Source: a virus (Duplodnaviria; Heunggongvirae; Uroviricota; Caudoviricetes). From it: a stretch of 64,000 nt of DNA. Of this stretch, positions 54,771 through 63,989 are shown piece after piece; position 1 is the stretch's first letter; each line of letters opens with the position of its first letter. The stretch lies in the IMG/VR virus record IMGVR_UViG_3300008267_000033, positions 1-64,000 of that record. One strand, written 5' to 3'. Both the position numbers and the translations under genes were made by a program. The notes under the pieces were generated by a model. It saw only the letters and a list, made by a program, of their open reading frames with translations. It was not told the origin of the DNA and did no database searches.

Positions 54771-55220
54771 TTATGCTGGCAGTTGATATCCTGTGGCTTT
54801 GTAGTTGGCCTGTCCTGCAATAACTCCGCGCACACCACCCACAGGGTCAGCGCAGTCGCCGTTGCGTCTGGGAATCAAATGCACATGTGGATACATCACA
54901 GTTTGGCCAGCGGCTTGCCCCATGTTGATGCCTATGTTGAATGCATCACATTCTCCATCTCGGACCATTCTACGACCATGCCGCATGGCTGATTCAAAGC
55001 AGTCTGTTATCACGTCATCTGTATTGTATTGCGGCACAAACAACAAGTGTCCCGACGCCACAGGATATCGATCTTGGAACACAGAGACATGATAGTCGCT
55101 ATATTCTCCAACCTTGAGGTCCCAAGGTGCAACTCCTGCGACCTGTGCTTGTTCTAATGTTTCATACTTCATTGATAATCTTTCTCTTTTCACCACGACG
55201 TCGAATATCCAGTGTAACAC
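54771..55220 (-). CDS. HIT-family (histidine triad) protein
   Basis: HVHLIP HxHxHxx triad near the C-terminus; real start may be the internal MKYETLEQ. Confidence 0.5.
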   Translation of the reverse strand: MLHWIFDVVVKRERLSMKYETLEQAQVAGVAPWDLKVGEYSDYHVSVFQDRYPVASGHLLFVPQYNTDDVITDCFESAMRHGRRMVRDGECDAFNIGINMGQAAGQTVMYPHVHLIPRRNGDCADPVGGVRGVIAGQANYKATGYQLPA

Positions 55221-56220
55221 AATGCGGACCTGCTGCCCAAAAAGTTTTATGTCTCAATGATGCTTCATGACACGTAATACCCAAGGATGCCATGTGCTCA
55301 AACAGCACAGAATGATGATTATTAAAAATCACATTGTGTGGGTCAACCACCAAGACATTGGTACTGAATGAGACTATTTGCTCATAGCCTTTTGATTCAT
55401 CTAATAGATGCTCCAAGTTTTCAATTTTTTTTTGTTTTTTTTCTGGTGGGAAATACAATTTGATTTCGTGTATGGTTTTGTTTTGCAGTGCTCTGGGCAC
55501 AAATGAACGATCCACACAAAATACAGTGTCATCGTCGGTCATGAAAAAACCATGATCAATATGCCCCCAATTTTGTAGTGCATCACTGTCTGTAGACACA
55601 ATGGTATTGTTAGGAAGATTTCGTTGCATCCATGCTAGGCCTAGTTGACTGCCCGGACCTTGAGTGTTGGTAATCAAATGCTCACCACATTTGAACATGG
55701 TGGCGGTGTGCCAAAGTAGATGTCTGGCATATAATTTGTGATAAACTATACGACCTAAATCTTTGTAGTTATCCATCCATTTTTTTGAGTCAGTCATGGG
55801 CCATAGATTGGGCATGGGTTGACTGATCCAATTGGACCCGTTTTCAAACAGCGTTCTAAAAATATCGTAATAGCTTCTGCCATCAAAAAATCTGTCAGTC
55901 ATGCTGGTATATGTTTGATACACTGTGTCGCCATACACCAAGTACTGATCCCTAGGCACAATCGGGGCCATGGGAATATCAACTGAGAATGAAGATAAAT
56001 TCACTGGCTGTTGATACTGATACACCCGGGGACGATGCACTACCACACCTAACTCTTGCAATAGTGCGGCTAGATTGTCAAGATCTTGTTTGGTTTCTTC
56101 CAACACATGGTTGAAAGCTGACTGAAGTTCTACTGGTATGGCCCAATCAAGATCGCCCGGTGCATAGCAGTCGCCCACTATGACTTCTTCCAGTGGATCC
56201 CAATCAGTCCATACTGCCAT
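55162..56220 (-). CDS. amidinotransferase-family protein, paralog 2
   Basis: WDPLEEVIVG N-terminus and AAGPHCVTLDIRRRG C-terminus (catalytic Cys). Confidence 0.55.
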   Translation of the reverse strand: MAVWTDWDPLEEVIVGDCYAPGDLDWAIPVELQSAFNHVLEETKQDLDNLAALLQELGVVVHRPRVYQYQQPVNLSSFSVDIPMAPIVPRDQYLVYGDTVYQTYTSMTDRFFDGRSYYDIFRTLFENGSNWISQPMPNLWPMTDSKKWMDNYKDLGRIVYHKLYARHLLWHTATMFKCGEHLITNTQGPGSQLGLAWMQRNLPNNTIVSTDSDALQNWGHIDHGFFMTDDDTVFCVDRSFVPRALQNKTIHEIKLYFPPEKKQKKIENLEHLLDESKGYEQIVSFSTNVLVVDPHNVIFNNHHSVLFEHMASLGITCHEASLRHKTFWAAGPHCVTLDIRRRGEKRKIINEV

Positions 56221-56222
56221 GA

Positions 56223-56921
56223 TTATTCTTTTCTACCGCCAAACAACTGCAACAAATTCAAGAACAAGTTGATAAAGTCCATGTACAATGTCAGCGCACC
56301 ACGTACTTCTACAGCCGCACTGGTCTCTACTGAAATTTCTTCGCGAATCTTTTGTGTGTCGTAGGCAGTGAGTCCCAGGAAGATTATGATAGCCAATGCA
56401 CTGATTACCATCTGCATCACAGTTGACCCAATGAAGATGTTCACAATGCTGGCAATGATGATGGCAATCAAGCCCACAAACATAAACCGGCCCACACTGT
56501 CAAGACTGCGTTTGGTAAAGTAGCCATAGCCACTCATTACCCCAAACAAGATGGCTGCACTCATAAACGCTGACACAATACTGCCCATGGTAAACACCGC
56601 AAAGATCATTGAAAAACTCAAGCCCATGAGTGCCGCAAATCCATGTAAACACAACTGTGCCACAGGTTTTGTGGGGTTATTGGCCAGTACCATGCTGATA
56701 CCAAATATTGCTGCCAAGGGTGCAAAAATCACAATCCATTTCAGCACGCCTGTAAAAAAGAATTGCAACAGTTCTGGAGTGGTACCAATCCAATAACTGA
56801 CCAGCATGCTGACCAGCACAGCCACACTCATGTGTCCATATACACGGCCCATGGCCGAATTAATTTCTTCTGCTGCGCGATATTTTGTTTCATCATTGTC
56901 GTTGTAGTTTGTGCCAAACAT
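56223..56921 (-). CDS. Bax-inhibitor-1 / YccA-family membrane protein
   Basis: 232 aa, 7 predicted TM segments, Lys-rich C-terminal tail typical of BI-1/TMBIM. Confidence 0.5.
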   Translation of the reverse strand: MFGTNYNDNDETKYRAAEEINSAMGRVYGHMSVAVLVSMLVSYWIGTTPELLQFFFTGVLKWIVIFAPLAAIFGISMVLANNPTKPVAQLCLHGFAALMGLSFSMIFAVFTMGSIVSAFMSAAILFGVMSGYGYFTKRSLDSVGRFMFVGLIAIIIASIVNIFIGSTVMQMVISALAIIIFLGLTAYDTQKIREEISVETSAAVEVRGALTLYMDFINLFLNLLQLFGGRKE

Positions 56922-56930
56922 GATATCTCC

Positions 56931-57125
56931 TTAAGACTCAATTTCCATTGTGTTCCACTCTTTGACTACATCCAGCATTTCTGCTTCCGTAGCACAAAGA
57001 ACTTTGGCGGTTTTCCAATCGTTTTCTTTGTCTCGTCCGCCTACTTCCACCATAAAACCATTATCGTAACGATTTACAGTGATGGATTCGTTTACTTTGT
57101 CCAGTTTGCTTAATTTCTTAGCCAT
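56931..57125 (-). CDS. hypothetical small protein
   Basis: ORF track. Confidence 0.3.
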   Translation of the reverse strand: MAKKLSKLDKVNESITVNRYDNGFMVEVGGRDKENDWKTAKVLCATEAEMLDVVKEWNTMEIES

Positions 57126-57272
57126 GCTCTTTCTCCTTAAGTTAATTCTAACACTCTATATTTGCTTGCAGGATAGTTCTCCTGCAACCATTCCAACAGC
57201 CCTGGTTCCCAAGGCAGTTTGATTTCGCCTGTGATATTGGTGATATACATTATTTGTCCTCGTTTAATTTGG

Positions 57273-57965
57273 TTAAAATACCTCTATCCATTCAGGGTAT
57301 AGATAATTTTTAAGTACCCTATTTCCTTTTACACTTGGGTGAGTGTCGCGTTGCTTGAAATAAGTTGGATGTTGAATATAAAAATTATTTTTCGATAGAA
57401 CAAAGTCAGATAGCACTAGCCATTCATCTAACAAGTCTGATCTATGTTCTTTAATGAAAATTCCAATTTCTTCCCAATTGTGGTCCTGATTGAATATAGA
57501 TTCAACATGCTTTTCACTAAGTAAACTGCACCAACTTGGTACAGCGCAAACTAAATTATCTAACCCACTTACAACACTGGGGTCTAAGTCGCACAATCCA
57601 CCAATTAAATTAATTTTAATTTTAAAATTGCCAGCCAACCGGTCAGCTCTTTGTAAATTATCATTCAAAATATTATTAGCTGCTTCCTTAATGGTAGTCC
57701 ATGTTTTTATATTAGTGATATCTATATTTCTTAATGGGTTAGTCAAAATCCAATAAAATGTATCAGTGTAATCAGGGGTATATCTATTTAGGAATTTTTC
57801 ATATGTGTCCAATGCTTGTGACAACGTGCTATTGCAACGGGATAAATTTGCTGATCCCAGCTCATTATCATGATGTAAAGATGCTATAGTAACAAAATTA
57901 GCACCAGTCACTCCCCCGTCTGTCCAGCTTCCTATGCCCCAACTATCACCAGCAATAACAATCAT
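57273..57965 (-). CDS. SGNH/GDSL-like hydrolase paralog
   Basis: N-terminal VIAGDSWGIG (block I GDS). Confidence 0.35.
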   Translation of the reverse strand: MIVIAGDSWGIGSWTDGGVTGANFVTIASLHHDNELGSANLSRCNSTLSQALDTYEKFLNRYTPDYTDTFYWILTNPLRNIDITNIKTWTTIKEAANNILNDNLQRADRLAGNFKIKINLIGGLCDLDPSVVSGLDNLVCAVPSWCSLLSEKHVESIFNQDHNWEEIGIFIKEHRSDLLDEWLVLSDFVLSKNNFYIQHPTYFKQRDTHPSVKGNRVLKNYLYPEWIEVF

Positions 57966-58705
57966 CTTGATGCAAACTCCTGTTGTAGTTTGATATTGTC
58001 CATGAACTCTTTTTTTACACCGTCGTCCGTTTTGAAAGCACCACGCAACACAGTGGTCTGTGTAAGGCTGCTATGTGCCATGATACCACGATTCTCACAG
58101 CATCCGTGTGTGGCCTGTATGTACACGCCCACATCCTTTGATGCAGTTGCGGCCATGATTTCGTTGGCTATGTCTATACACAGTTCTTCCTGTAGTGTAC
58201 CACGCCTAGCGCACCACTGAGCAATGCGAGTATACTTAGATAAACCAATGAGCTTGTTGGCAGCGATGATTCCAATATAGGCGACCCCACTAACTGGTTG
58301 ATGATGATGACTGCACATACTGCGAAGTTCACTGCGTACAACCAGCATGCCTTCATAACGGTCTTGCGAATCATTTGGAAATGCTGTTGCGTCTGGTGGG
58401 GGTTCATATCTTCCTGCCATTATTTCGTTGTAGTACATCTTGGCCAAGCGTCTTGCTGTGCCCTTTGAGTTGGGATCATTCTCGCGATCAATCAGCAATG
58501 CATCCAACACACCTTCAAAAGCCACTGTAGCTTCGTCAATGAGTTTTTCTTTCACAGCGTCACTCATGTAATCGCTGATGTTGTCGCCAGCCCAGAAGCG
58601 TTGACCTCGTGCCTGCATTTGTTCTCTAAGCACTTGTGATAAATTTTTGCTGGTACTCACTGTTTGTTCTTCATCATTGCTGACATATACTTTATCGTAA
58701 CCCAT
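57962..58705 (-). CDS. folE: GTP cyclohydrolase I
   Basis: CSHHHQPV (CEHHLxP-type zinc motif) and downstream HGC region; 247 aa. Confidence 0.65.
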   Translation of the reverse strand: MGYDKVYVSNDEEQTVSTSKNLSQVLREQMQARGQRFWAGDNISDYMSDAVKEKLIDEATVAFEGVLDALLIDRENDPNSKGTARRLAKMYYNEIMAGRYEPPPDATAFPNDSQDRYEGMLVVRSELRSMCSHHHQPVSGVAYIGIIAANKLIGLSKYTRIAQWCARRGTLQEELCIDIANEIMAATASKDVGVYIQATHGCCENRGIMAHSSLTQTTVLRGAFKTDDGVKKEFMDNIKLQQEFASR

Positions 58706-58748
58706 TTATTTCTCCAATGTGTGATTGTACACTATTTAGACTGTACGG

Positions 58749-59426
58749 TCAAGTGTTTTTAATAAAGTCTAGAATTATTTGGGCAATTTTCTCATGTCCG
58801 GCCTGATTGGGATGGCTGATGTTTGGATAGACATAAGGATTTTGGTCTTGATATAGACCACGATCAATGTCCATGTCAAAGCCAAGATCATCTTTCAAAC
58901 TGCGTTGACCTTGCCCGTATATCGTTGTAAGATCTACTTCAGGCCAAAAGTCAAAGTTTTGCCATCCGGCAATGTAATAATCTTTTATGCGGTATTTTTT
59001 ACATATGGCCTGACAGGTTAACACTGTAGTATTGATTCGCAGTGCAGTGTCAGGGGCACTGTCAAAATACCTGTAGTGCATGTCATTACAACGTGTGGCC
59101 AAATCTCTGTCGTGGCCTGGGGGGACCACAGCACCAGTTGGTGTCCAAAACCACCAACGATTGTCTACCCAGGTCATGTGACGATGTTGGCTGGTAAGAA
59201 AAAATACCGCTGTGTGTTCATAACCGTTGTCACGAAACAGTCGAGTTTGATCTAAAAACGTTTTGAGTTGCACAATCAAGTGTGTCAAACTAGATCCAGG
59301 TGCAGCATTGTTGTATACTCTTTCTGCTGGCAACATCTCAGCCAACAGTGTGCCATAGTTCTTTTCACCAGGCTCTAGCTCTGACCCCTGTGGCCAACTG
59401 TCACCAAACACACCCAATATGGTCAT
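58749..59426 (-). CDS. SGNH/GDSL-like hydrolase paralog
   Basis: VFGDSWPQG (block I), NAAPGSS (block II), HPNQAGHEKI (block V). Confidence 0.35.
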   Translation of the reverse strand: MTILGVFGDSWPQGSELEPGEKNYGTLLAEMLPAERVYNNAAPGSSLTHLIVQLKTFLDQTRLFRDNGYEHTAVFFLTSQHRHMTWVDNRWWFWTPTGAVVPPGHDRDLATRCNDMHYRYFDSAPDTALRINTTVLTCQAICKKYRIKDYYIAGWQNFDFWPEVDLTTIYGQGQRSLKDDLGFDMDIDRGLYQDQNPYVYPNISHPNQAGHEKIAQIILDFIKNT

Positions 59427-60163
59427 AGCAAATTGTTTTGATTGATCCAGGGCATGATCACTTGATCCACAAATTTTTCGTGCTGATCGGGCCTGGGATG
59501 AAAGTTGTTGACACCGTCAATTGGGCAAGTTTCTTTGACCCATTCATGTTGATTCTTGACGGGCAACCATTTGGTCCAGTCTATCTGTTCCCAAAGCCAC
59601 GCACAGTTGGTGTTGTTTTTGTAGTAGTCATTGAAAGTGTTGGCAGCGGCTGTGGTCATAAAGTACTTGACATTGTGTAACTTCAAGAAATTCTGCAGAT
59701 TGATAATGTGTTCCAGCGTGTAAATCTGTGCTGCTACTTCGTTATGATAATGTCTGTACCAAGGTGCATTGTGTGGGTGAGTCCAATGCGGGTTACAAAT
59801 AACCCAGCCACCGGGTGCGTTGTCGGCTACTCTAGTGGGATTTTCGATCCAACCATCCATGTTTGTAGTGAACTCAATAGGTTGCTCAAAATAGAAATCA
59901 AATCTATCTCGACCAGTCCACATGATACCCACTGACAAATCTTCAGCAGCGTGTGTTTTCAACAACTGACTCACACGATATTGAACTCTTCTGCTGATCA
60001 ATCCGTTGCCTTGCGATCCCATGGCCTCACTGTGATGTTGTACTCCATCTAGACGTTCTCTAAGAAAGATGGGCCATGTGCGGTTCTCAGGATTGTGATT
60101 GACGTCCCAGTTTATGCACTCACTGAAACTGCATCCTGCTGTTACCAAAACTTTATTGTTCAT
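59423..60163 (-). CDS. SGNH/GDSL-like hydrolase paralog (GCSF variant)
   Basis: VLVTAGCSFSE, AMGSQGNG, HPRPDQHEK. Confidence 0.35.
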   Translation of the reverse strand: MNNKVLVTAGCSFSECINWDVNHNPENRTWPIFLRERLDGVQHHSEAMGSQGNGLISRRVQYRVSQLLKTHAAEDLSVGIMWTGRDRFDFYFEQPIEFTTNMDGWIENPTRVADNAPGGWVICNPHWTHPHNAPWYRHYHNEVAAQIYTLEHIINLQNFLKLHNVKYFMTTAAANTFNDYYKNNTNCAWLWEQIDWTKWLPVKNQHEWVKETCPIDGVNNFHPRPDQHEKFVDQVIMPWINQNNLL

Positions 60164-61154
60164 TGAAATCCTTGATTGTGTGTTGAAATTGCAGTTTCAC
60201 TGTTGATGCATGCTGCAACAACATATTGAAATTATTGTTGAGTCTATCGTGTATATTATCTCTCAATTGCTGGCACTGTGATAAATCCATGCTGTGATTT
60301 AATCTTTGTGTCTGATCAAATATCTGCGCAAATCTTTGCTGTTCATCAACCACTTGATCATAACTGTGATTCACAATGTCATCAAACATATCAAATCCCA
60401 GTTTGCGTACTTCGGCAACTAGGCCGGGAACTGCAAACCAAATGGGAATCTGTCGTAGTCCGAATGCCTTGAAAGTTTTTTCAGTTATAAAAATACTGCG
60501 CCATATACCAGGATCAGTTTGACTGCTACTTTCTACCACTAGGTTAAACAAACAACTGTGGAACACAGGGTTGGTTTGCACATGCTCAATGTTGTTGGTA
60601 GCACGATCTATGATGCCATCTATTGTGATGGGAATATCACAGTCAGGAAACAGGTGTCGATAGTTGCCTAAAACTTCGGGATGGCACATTGAACCAAAAC
60701 TGAATCTGGCATCAATGTTGTTGTCTATCAACCATCTGGCAATTGAGGCTCTACTGGGGCTGGGTCTACGCATCAGGCATAAAAATTTGTGATCTAGCAC
60801 AGAGTTGTACAGCACAGATTGTAACAATGGCAACCATTGCCCCAGTACTACCAACCAATTTGGCATGCTCACAGCCTGGTAAGGCAATGCAGTCACATCA
60901 ACACTAGTGTTGAAAACTACCAATAAATCTTTCACTGGCAGTTGTGTTAAAAATTCAATTAGATCATGTGCCGAATTGTTGCACTGTCCTTCGCATCTAA
61001 AATCAACCACCAACTTGTTGGCCTGCAGGTCTGTCAAAGTCAACCCACTGTCCTGCAGATCTTGATTGAGTTGTAATTCAACATCAGTGTCTCGATTGAT
61101 GTGCAACGCACCGTATTGCAAGGTGTTGGGATATATTCTAAAAATGCAGTTCAT
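60153..61154 (-). CDS. GT10-like glycosyltransferase, paralog 5
   Basis: FITEKTFKAFGLRQIPIWFAVPGLVAEVRKLGFDMFDDIVNHSYD motif. Confidence 0.4.
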   Translation of the reverse strand: MNCIFRIYPNTLQYGALHINRDTDVELQLNQDLQDSGLTLTDLQANKLVVDFRCEGQCNNSAHDLIEFLTQLPVKDLLVVFNTSVDVTALPYQAVSMPNWLVVLGQWLPLLQSVLYNSVLDHKFLCLMRRPSPSRASIARWLIDNNIDARFSFGSMCHPEVLGNYRHLFPDCDIPITIDGIIDRATNNIEHVQTNPVFHSCLFNLVVESSSQTDPGIWRSIFITEKTFKAFGLRQIPIWFAVPGLVAEVRKLGFDMFDDIVNHSYDQVVDEQQRFAQIFDQTQRLNHSMDLSQCQQLRDNIHDRLNNNFNMLLQHASTVKLQFQHTIKDFNEQ

Positions 61155-61741
61155 GACTGTATAATGATTTGTCTACAGTCAGGATATGGCACATGCCGTG
61201 GGGATTGGCTTTGATATTGATCCAACAGTTGTTGGCCACGAACTGCTTCTTCTATTGTGGGCCGATAATGGTAACCAACTCGAAAAGTTTGTTGTGAAAT
61301 CCAGGGAGAAACTGTCAAATCTCTGCCATCATAACGCATAGCCAACAAGGCACGATAAGCCTCAGCATCATTCAACAGTATGGCACCACCACGCCCTATG
61401 GGCAAGGGTTTGTCATGCCCGAAACTCAAGCACTGCATTTGCCCTGGGCGGTACATGCCGCTCTCTAATCGTCTGGCACTGTCCCATATACGTGTTTTCT
61501 GAAATGAATACTCGCCCACCCAACGCTGCCACGCATGATCCAAGTACTGATATTCAATCGCCAGTTTGTGCATGAGCATGGGTATGCTCAAATAGGTATA
61601 TGGAGTGAATTCGCAAGATTCAACACCGTCATACCGCATACACAGTTCAATGGCATGGGTACAACAGTCAGTCATCACAGCATATGGTGCGCCAGTGAAC
61701 TGGGCCAAGGCTGTTTCGAACGCAACAATCTTATCGAACAT
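61151..61741 (-). CDS. compact DegT-like PLP aminotransferase (196 aa, about half the normal length)
   Basis: FETALAQFTGAPYAVMTDCCTHAIEL (DegT N-terminal) and LSFGHDKPLPIGRGGAILLND (Lys/GGxxxTND region) present; C-terminal domain absent. Confidence 0.4.
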   Translation of the reverse strand: MFDKIVAFETALAQFTGAPYAVMTDCCTHAIELCMRYDGVESCEFTPYTYLSIPMLMHKLAIEYQYLDHAWQRWVGEYSFQKTRIWDSARRLESGMYRPGQMQCLSFGHDKPLPIGRGGAILLNDAEAYRALLAMRYDGRDLTVSPWISQQTFRVGYHYRPTIEEAVRGQQLLDQYQSQSPRHVPYPDCRQIIIQS

Positions 61742-61745
61742 ATTT

Positions 61746-62411
61746 TTAATCTGTTAAGAAATTATAAATTTTATCAGCTACAATTTGATGGCCTTCTTCA
61801 AGGAAGTGTAATCGAGGCCCAGTTGGTGTCCCAACCGTCCATTCTTGCATAGATTCTGTTGGCCACCCTAAGAATGTTCTAGTATCAATTTTGTCAATGA
61901 GGTCTTTATTTTTTTCATCAAACCTAATAGGTGATTTGTGATTAATAAACGTATCAAGCATTACGTATTTTTTGTTATAATATTTTAAGTAACTTTGAGT
62001 CAAAATTATTTGTACAAGATATTGTTGTCGATACAAGTACTCATCAACATGATGGCGGTTGATATAATCAATCAATGTGCTTCGAAATTTAGTAGATTGA
62101 TCTGGGATTCGATATTGATTTTTACTTGCACCAGGTATAGTTTCCCAAACACTATATTCGTCGGCAATTTCTATGCGATCAAATCCGCTCCAGGCAATAA
62201 CAGCTAAATCGTAATTGTCCACTGGTTCTTCCACCAATGACCGTACCATTTTAATGTTGCCACTACCAACTACACCTCGATTGATAATGCCATAATTTAA
62301 TTTGTCGGCCAATAGATTGCCCCAACATTTAGTGCGATCCGCTAACTCGTCACCGTATGTAAAACTATCACCTATTACCAGTAAATTTTTTATCATTTTT
62401 AATCTATCCAA
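61746..62411 (-). CDS. SGNH/GDSL-like hydrolase paralog
   Basis: LLVIGDSFTYGDE (block I), NRGVVGSGN (block II), EEGHQ (block V). Confidence 0.35.
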   Translation of the reverse strand: MDRLKMIKNLLVIGDSFTYGDELADRTKCWGNLLADKLNYGIINRGVVGSGNIKMVRSLVEEPVDNYDLAVIAWSGFDRIEIADEYSVWETIPGASKNQYRIPDQSTKFRSTLIDYINRHHVDEYLYRQQYLVQIILTQSYLKYYNKKYVMLDTFINHKSPIRFDEKNKDLIDKIDTRTFLGWPTESMQEWTVGTPTGPRLHFLEEGHQIVADKIYNFLTD

Positions 62412-63112
62412 TTAAGTTGCACAACTTCAAGGTCTAAATTGTTACATGGCTTTTCAGTTGATGTAAAAATAAGCATTGATGGGTCGTTCATTACTGTACC
62501 TGTGACATGGTGCCTCCATCCAAAAAAGTTAGTTGGCACATAATCATCAAACCTGGCAGTATTTAATAAATTATCAACTATAAATTTTTGATCACCTATA
62601 CTTGGCTGTTGCGGAGTCGGGGTACTACATTGTTTTATAATATTATCCTGGTCACTGATATACTTGTTATATAACAAACTGTAATCACCATCCCAGTAAA
62701 TAACTGAACTATTCAACACATACTTATAATATTGTTGGCCAGTAACAGCATCAATTTCTATTGTATAAGGTTCGTTGGGCATCAACAATAAGTCTGGTGG
62801 CAAAATTTTTACTACCTCTGTCAAGTTCTTGCATATAACAACATCCAAGTCAATATACAAGCAAGGTCCGGCAAACAATCCTGGACGAAACATGTCTAAT
62901 TTGTTCCACCAGCCCCAAGAATCTGTGGTCAGTGGAATAATACGGTAGTTGCATTGCTGTTGATTTAAATCATTACTCAAGCATACAAATTCAAATGGGA
63001 GATGAAGATTACGAGTAATTGCGCTGTGCAGTCGATCTACCCACATTTTAGAATATACAGGACGTTTCCAATTAGCTGGATCAATTGTGCATACACAAAT
63101 TACCGTTAACAT
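62399..63112 (-). CDS. hypothetical protein
   Basis: ORF track. Confidence 0.3.
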   Translation of the reverse strand: MLTVICVCTIDPANWKRPVYSKMWVDRLHSAITRNLHLPFEFVCLSNDLNQQQCNYRIIPLTTDSWGWWNKLDMFRPGLFAGPCLYIDLDVVICKNLTEVVKILPPDLLLMPNEPYTIEIDAVTGQQYYKYVLNSSVIYWDGDYSLLYNKYISDQDNIIKQCSTPTPQQPSIGDQKFIVDNLLNTARFDDYVPTNFFGWRHHVTGTVMNDPSMLIFTSTEKPCNNLDLEVVQLNWID

Positions 63113-63474
63113 TATGCGCTCAAATGATCATGTTTGATCTCGTGCAAATATGATTGACCTAATTTATCAGCCATTGTATTTTTTAGACGTATACGTTTGT
63201 TGTTCCAATCTCGTATCAGAATGGCTCTGCGGCCAATTTCTTCAAGTGGCAATTGGTGCTCCGTGCCAGATTTTAATTCTTTTTCCAATGCCCAAATTTC
63301 ATCATGTATTTGATACAGCATCTTTAATTCTTCTTGTACCAAATTGAGATCGTAATTGATTAATTGATGTTGATAAAATATTAACTCTTCTTGATTTTTC
63401 GAAGTTTTTTCAAATTTCAGTTTGGCAATGCAATACCTGTCAACTAGTTCAATAATAGGAAAAATCGGAGTCAT
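63112..63474 (-). CDS. hypothetical protein
   Basis: ORF track. Confidence 0.3.
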   Translation of the reverse strand: MTPIFPIIELVDRYCIAKLKFEKTSKNQEELIFYQHQLINYDLNLVQEELKMLYQIHDEIWALEKELKSGTEHQLPLEEIGRRAILIRDWNNKRIRLKNTMADKLGQSYLHEIKHDHLSA

Positions 63475-63989
63475 ACAAATAATGTTTCCATGGTCATAGG
63501 ATTGTCTAGTGCATTTTGTATTTGAATATTATTTATATTAGGCCTGCAAGGTTGACAAAACTCAACACGAGTTTTATTATAAATTTCATAATGTCGTTGA
63601 TTCAACCAAGAATCTCTAAAATCACCCTGATCCCAATTTGCTAGTTCAAATTGTGAGTTTCCTTTGCCTTCACAACAAGTGTATATTTTTCCATCAGCAC
63701 AAAACACAGGAAACTGAAACATTTGGTGGCATTTTTTATAATTGCGTGGCAATGTTTTATTTGTGTTAATATGATATAGCACCTGGTGTTGATTACTTAG
63801 CTCAGCTATTAATGCAATGATTTCTTCTGTGATCAAGTGTGCCTGATTGTTGACAATAACCGGCCGGAAATAAATTTTCCGGCCGCCCACACGTTTAACC
63901 AACACAAACAGATCATTCATAGCATCAATATTGTCGTTGAATGGATTAAGCAAGCACTTAAAATCTACGTTTACTCCAACATCAATCAA
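63471..63989 (-). CDS. hypothetical Cys-rich protein
   Basis: ORF track; runs to within 11 nt of the window end. Confidence 0.3.
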   Translation of the reverse strand: MIDVGVNVDFKCLLNPFNDNIDAMNDLFVLVKRVGGRKIYFRPVIVNNQAHLITEEIIALIAELSNQHQVLYHINTNKTLPRNYKKCHQMFQFPVFCADGKIYTCCEGKGNSQFELANWDQGDFRDSWLNQRHYEIYNKTRVEFCQPCRPNINNIQIQNALDNPMTMETLFV

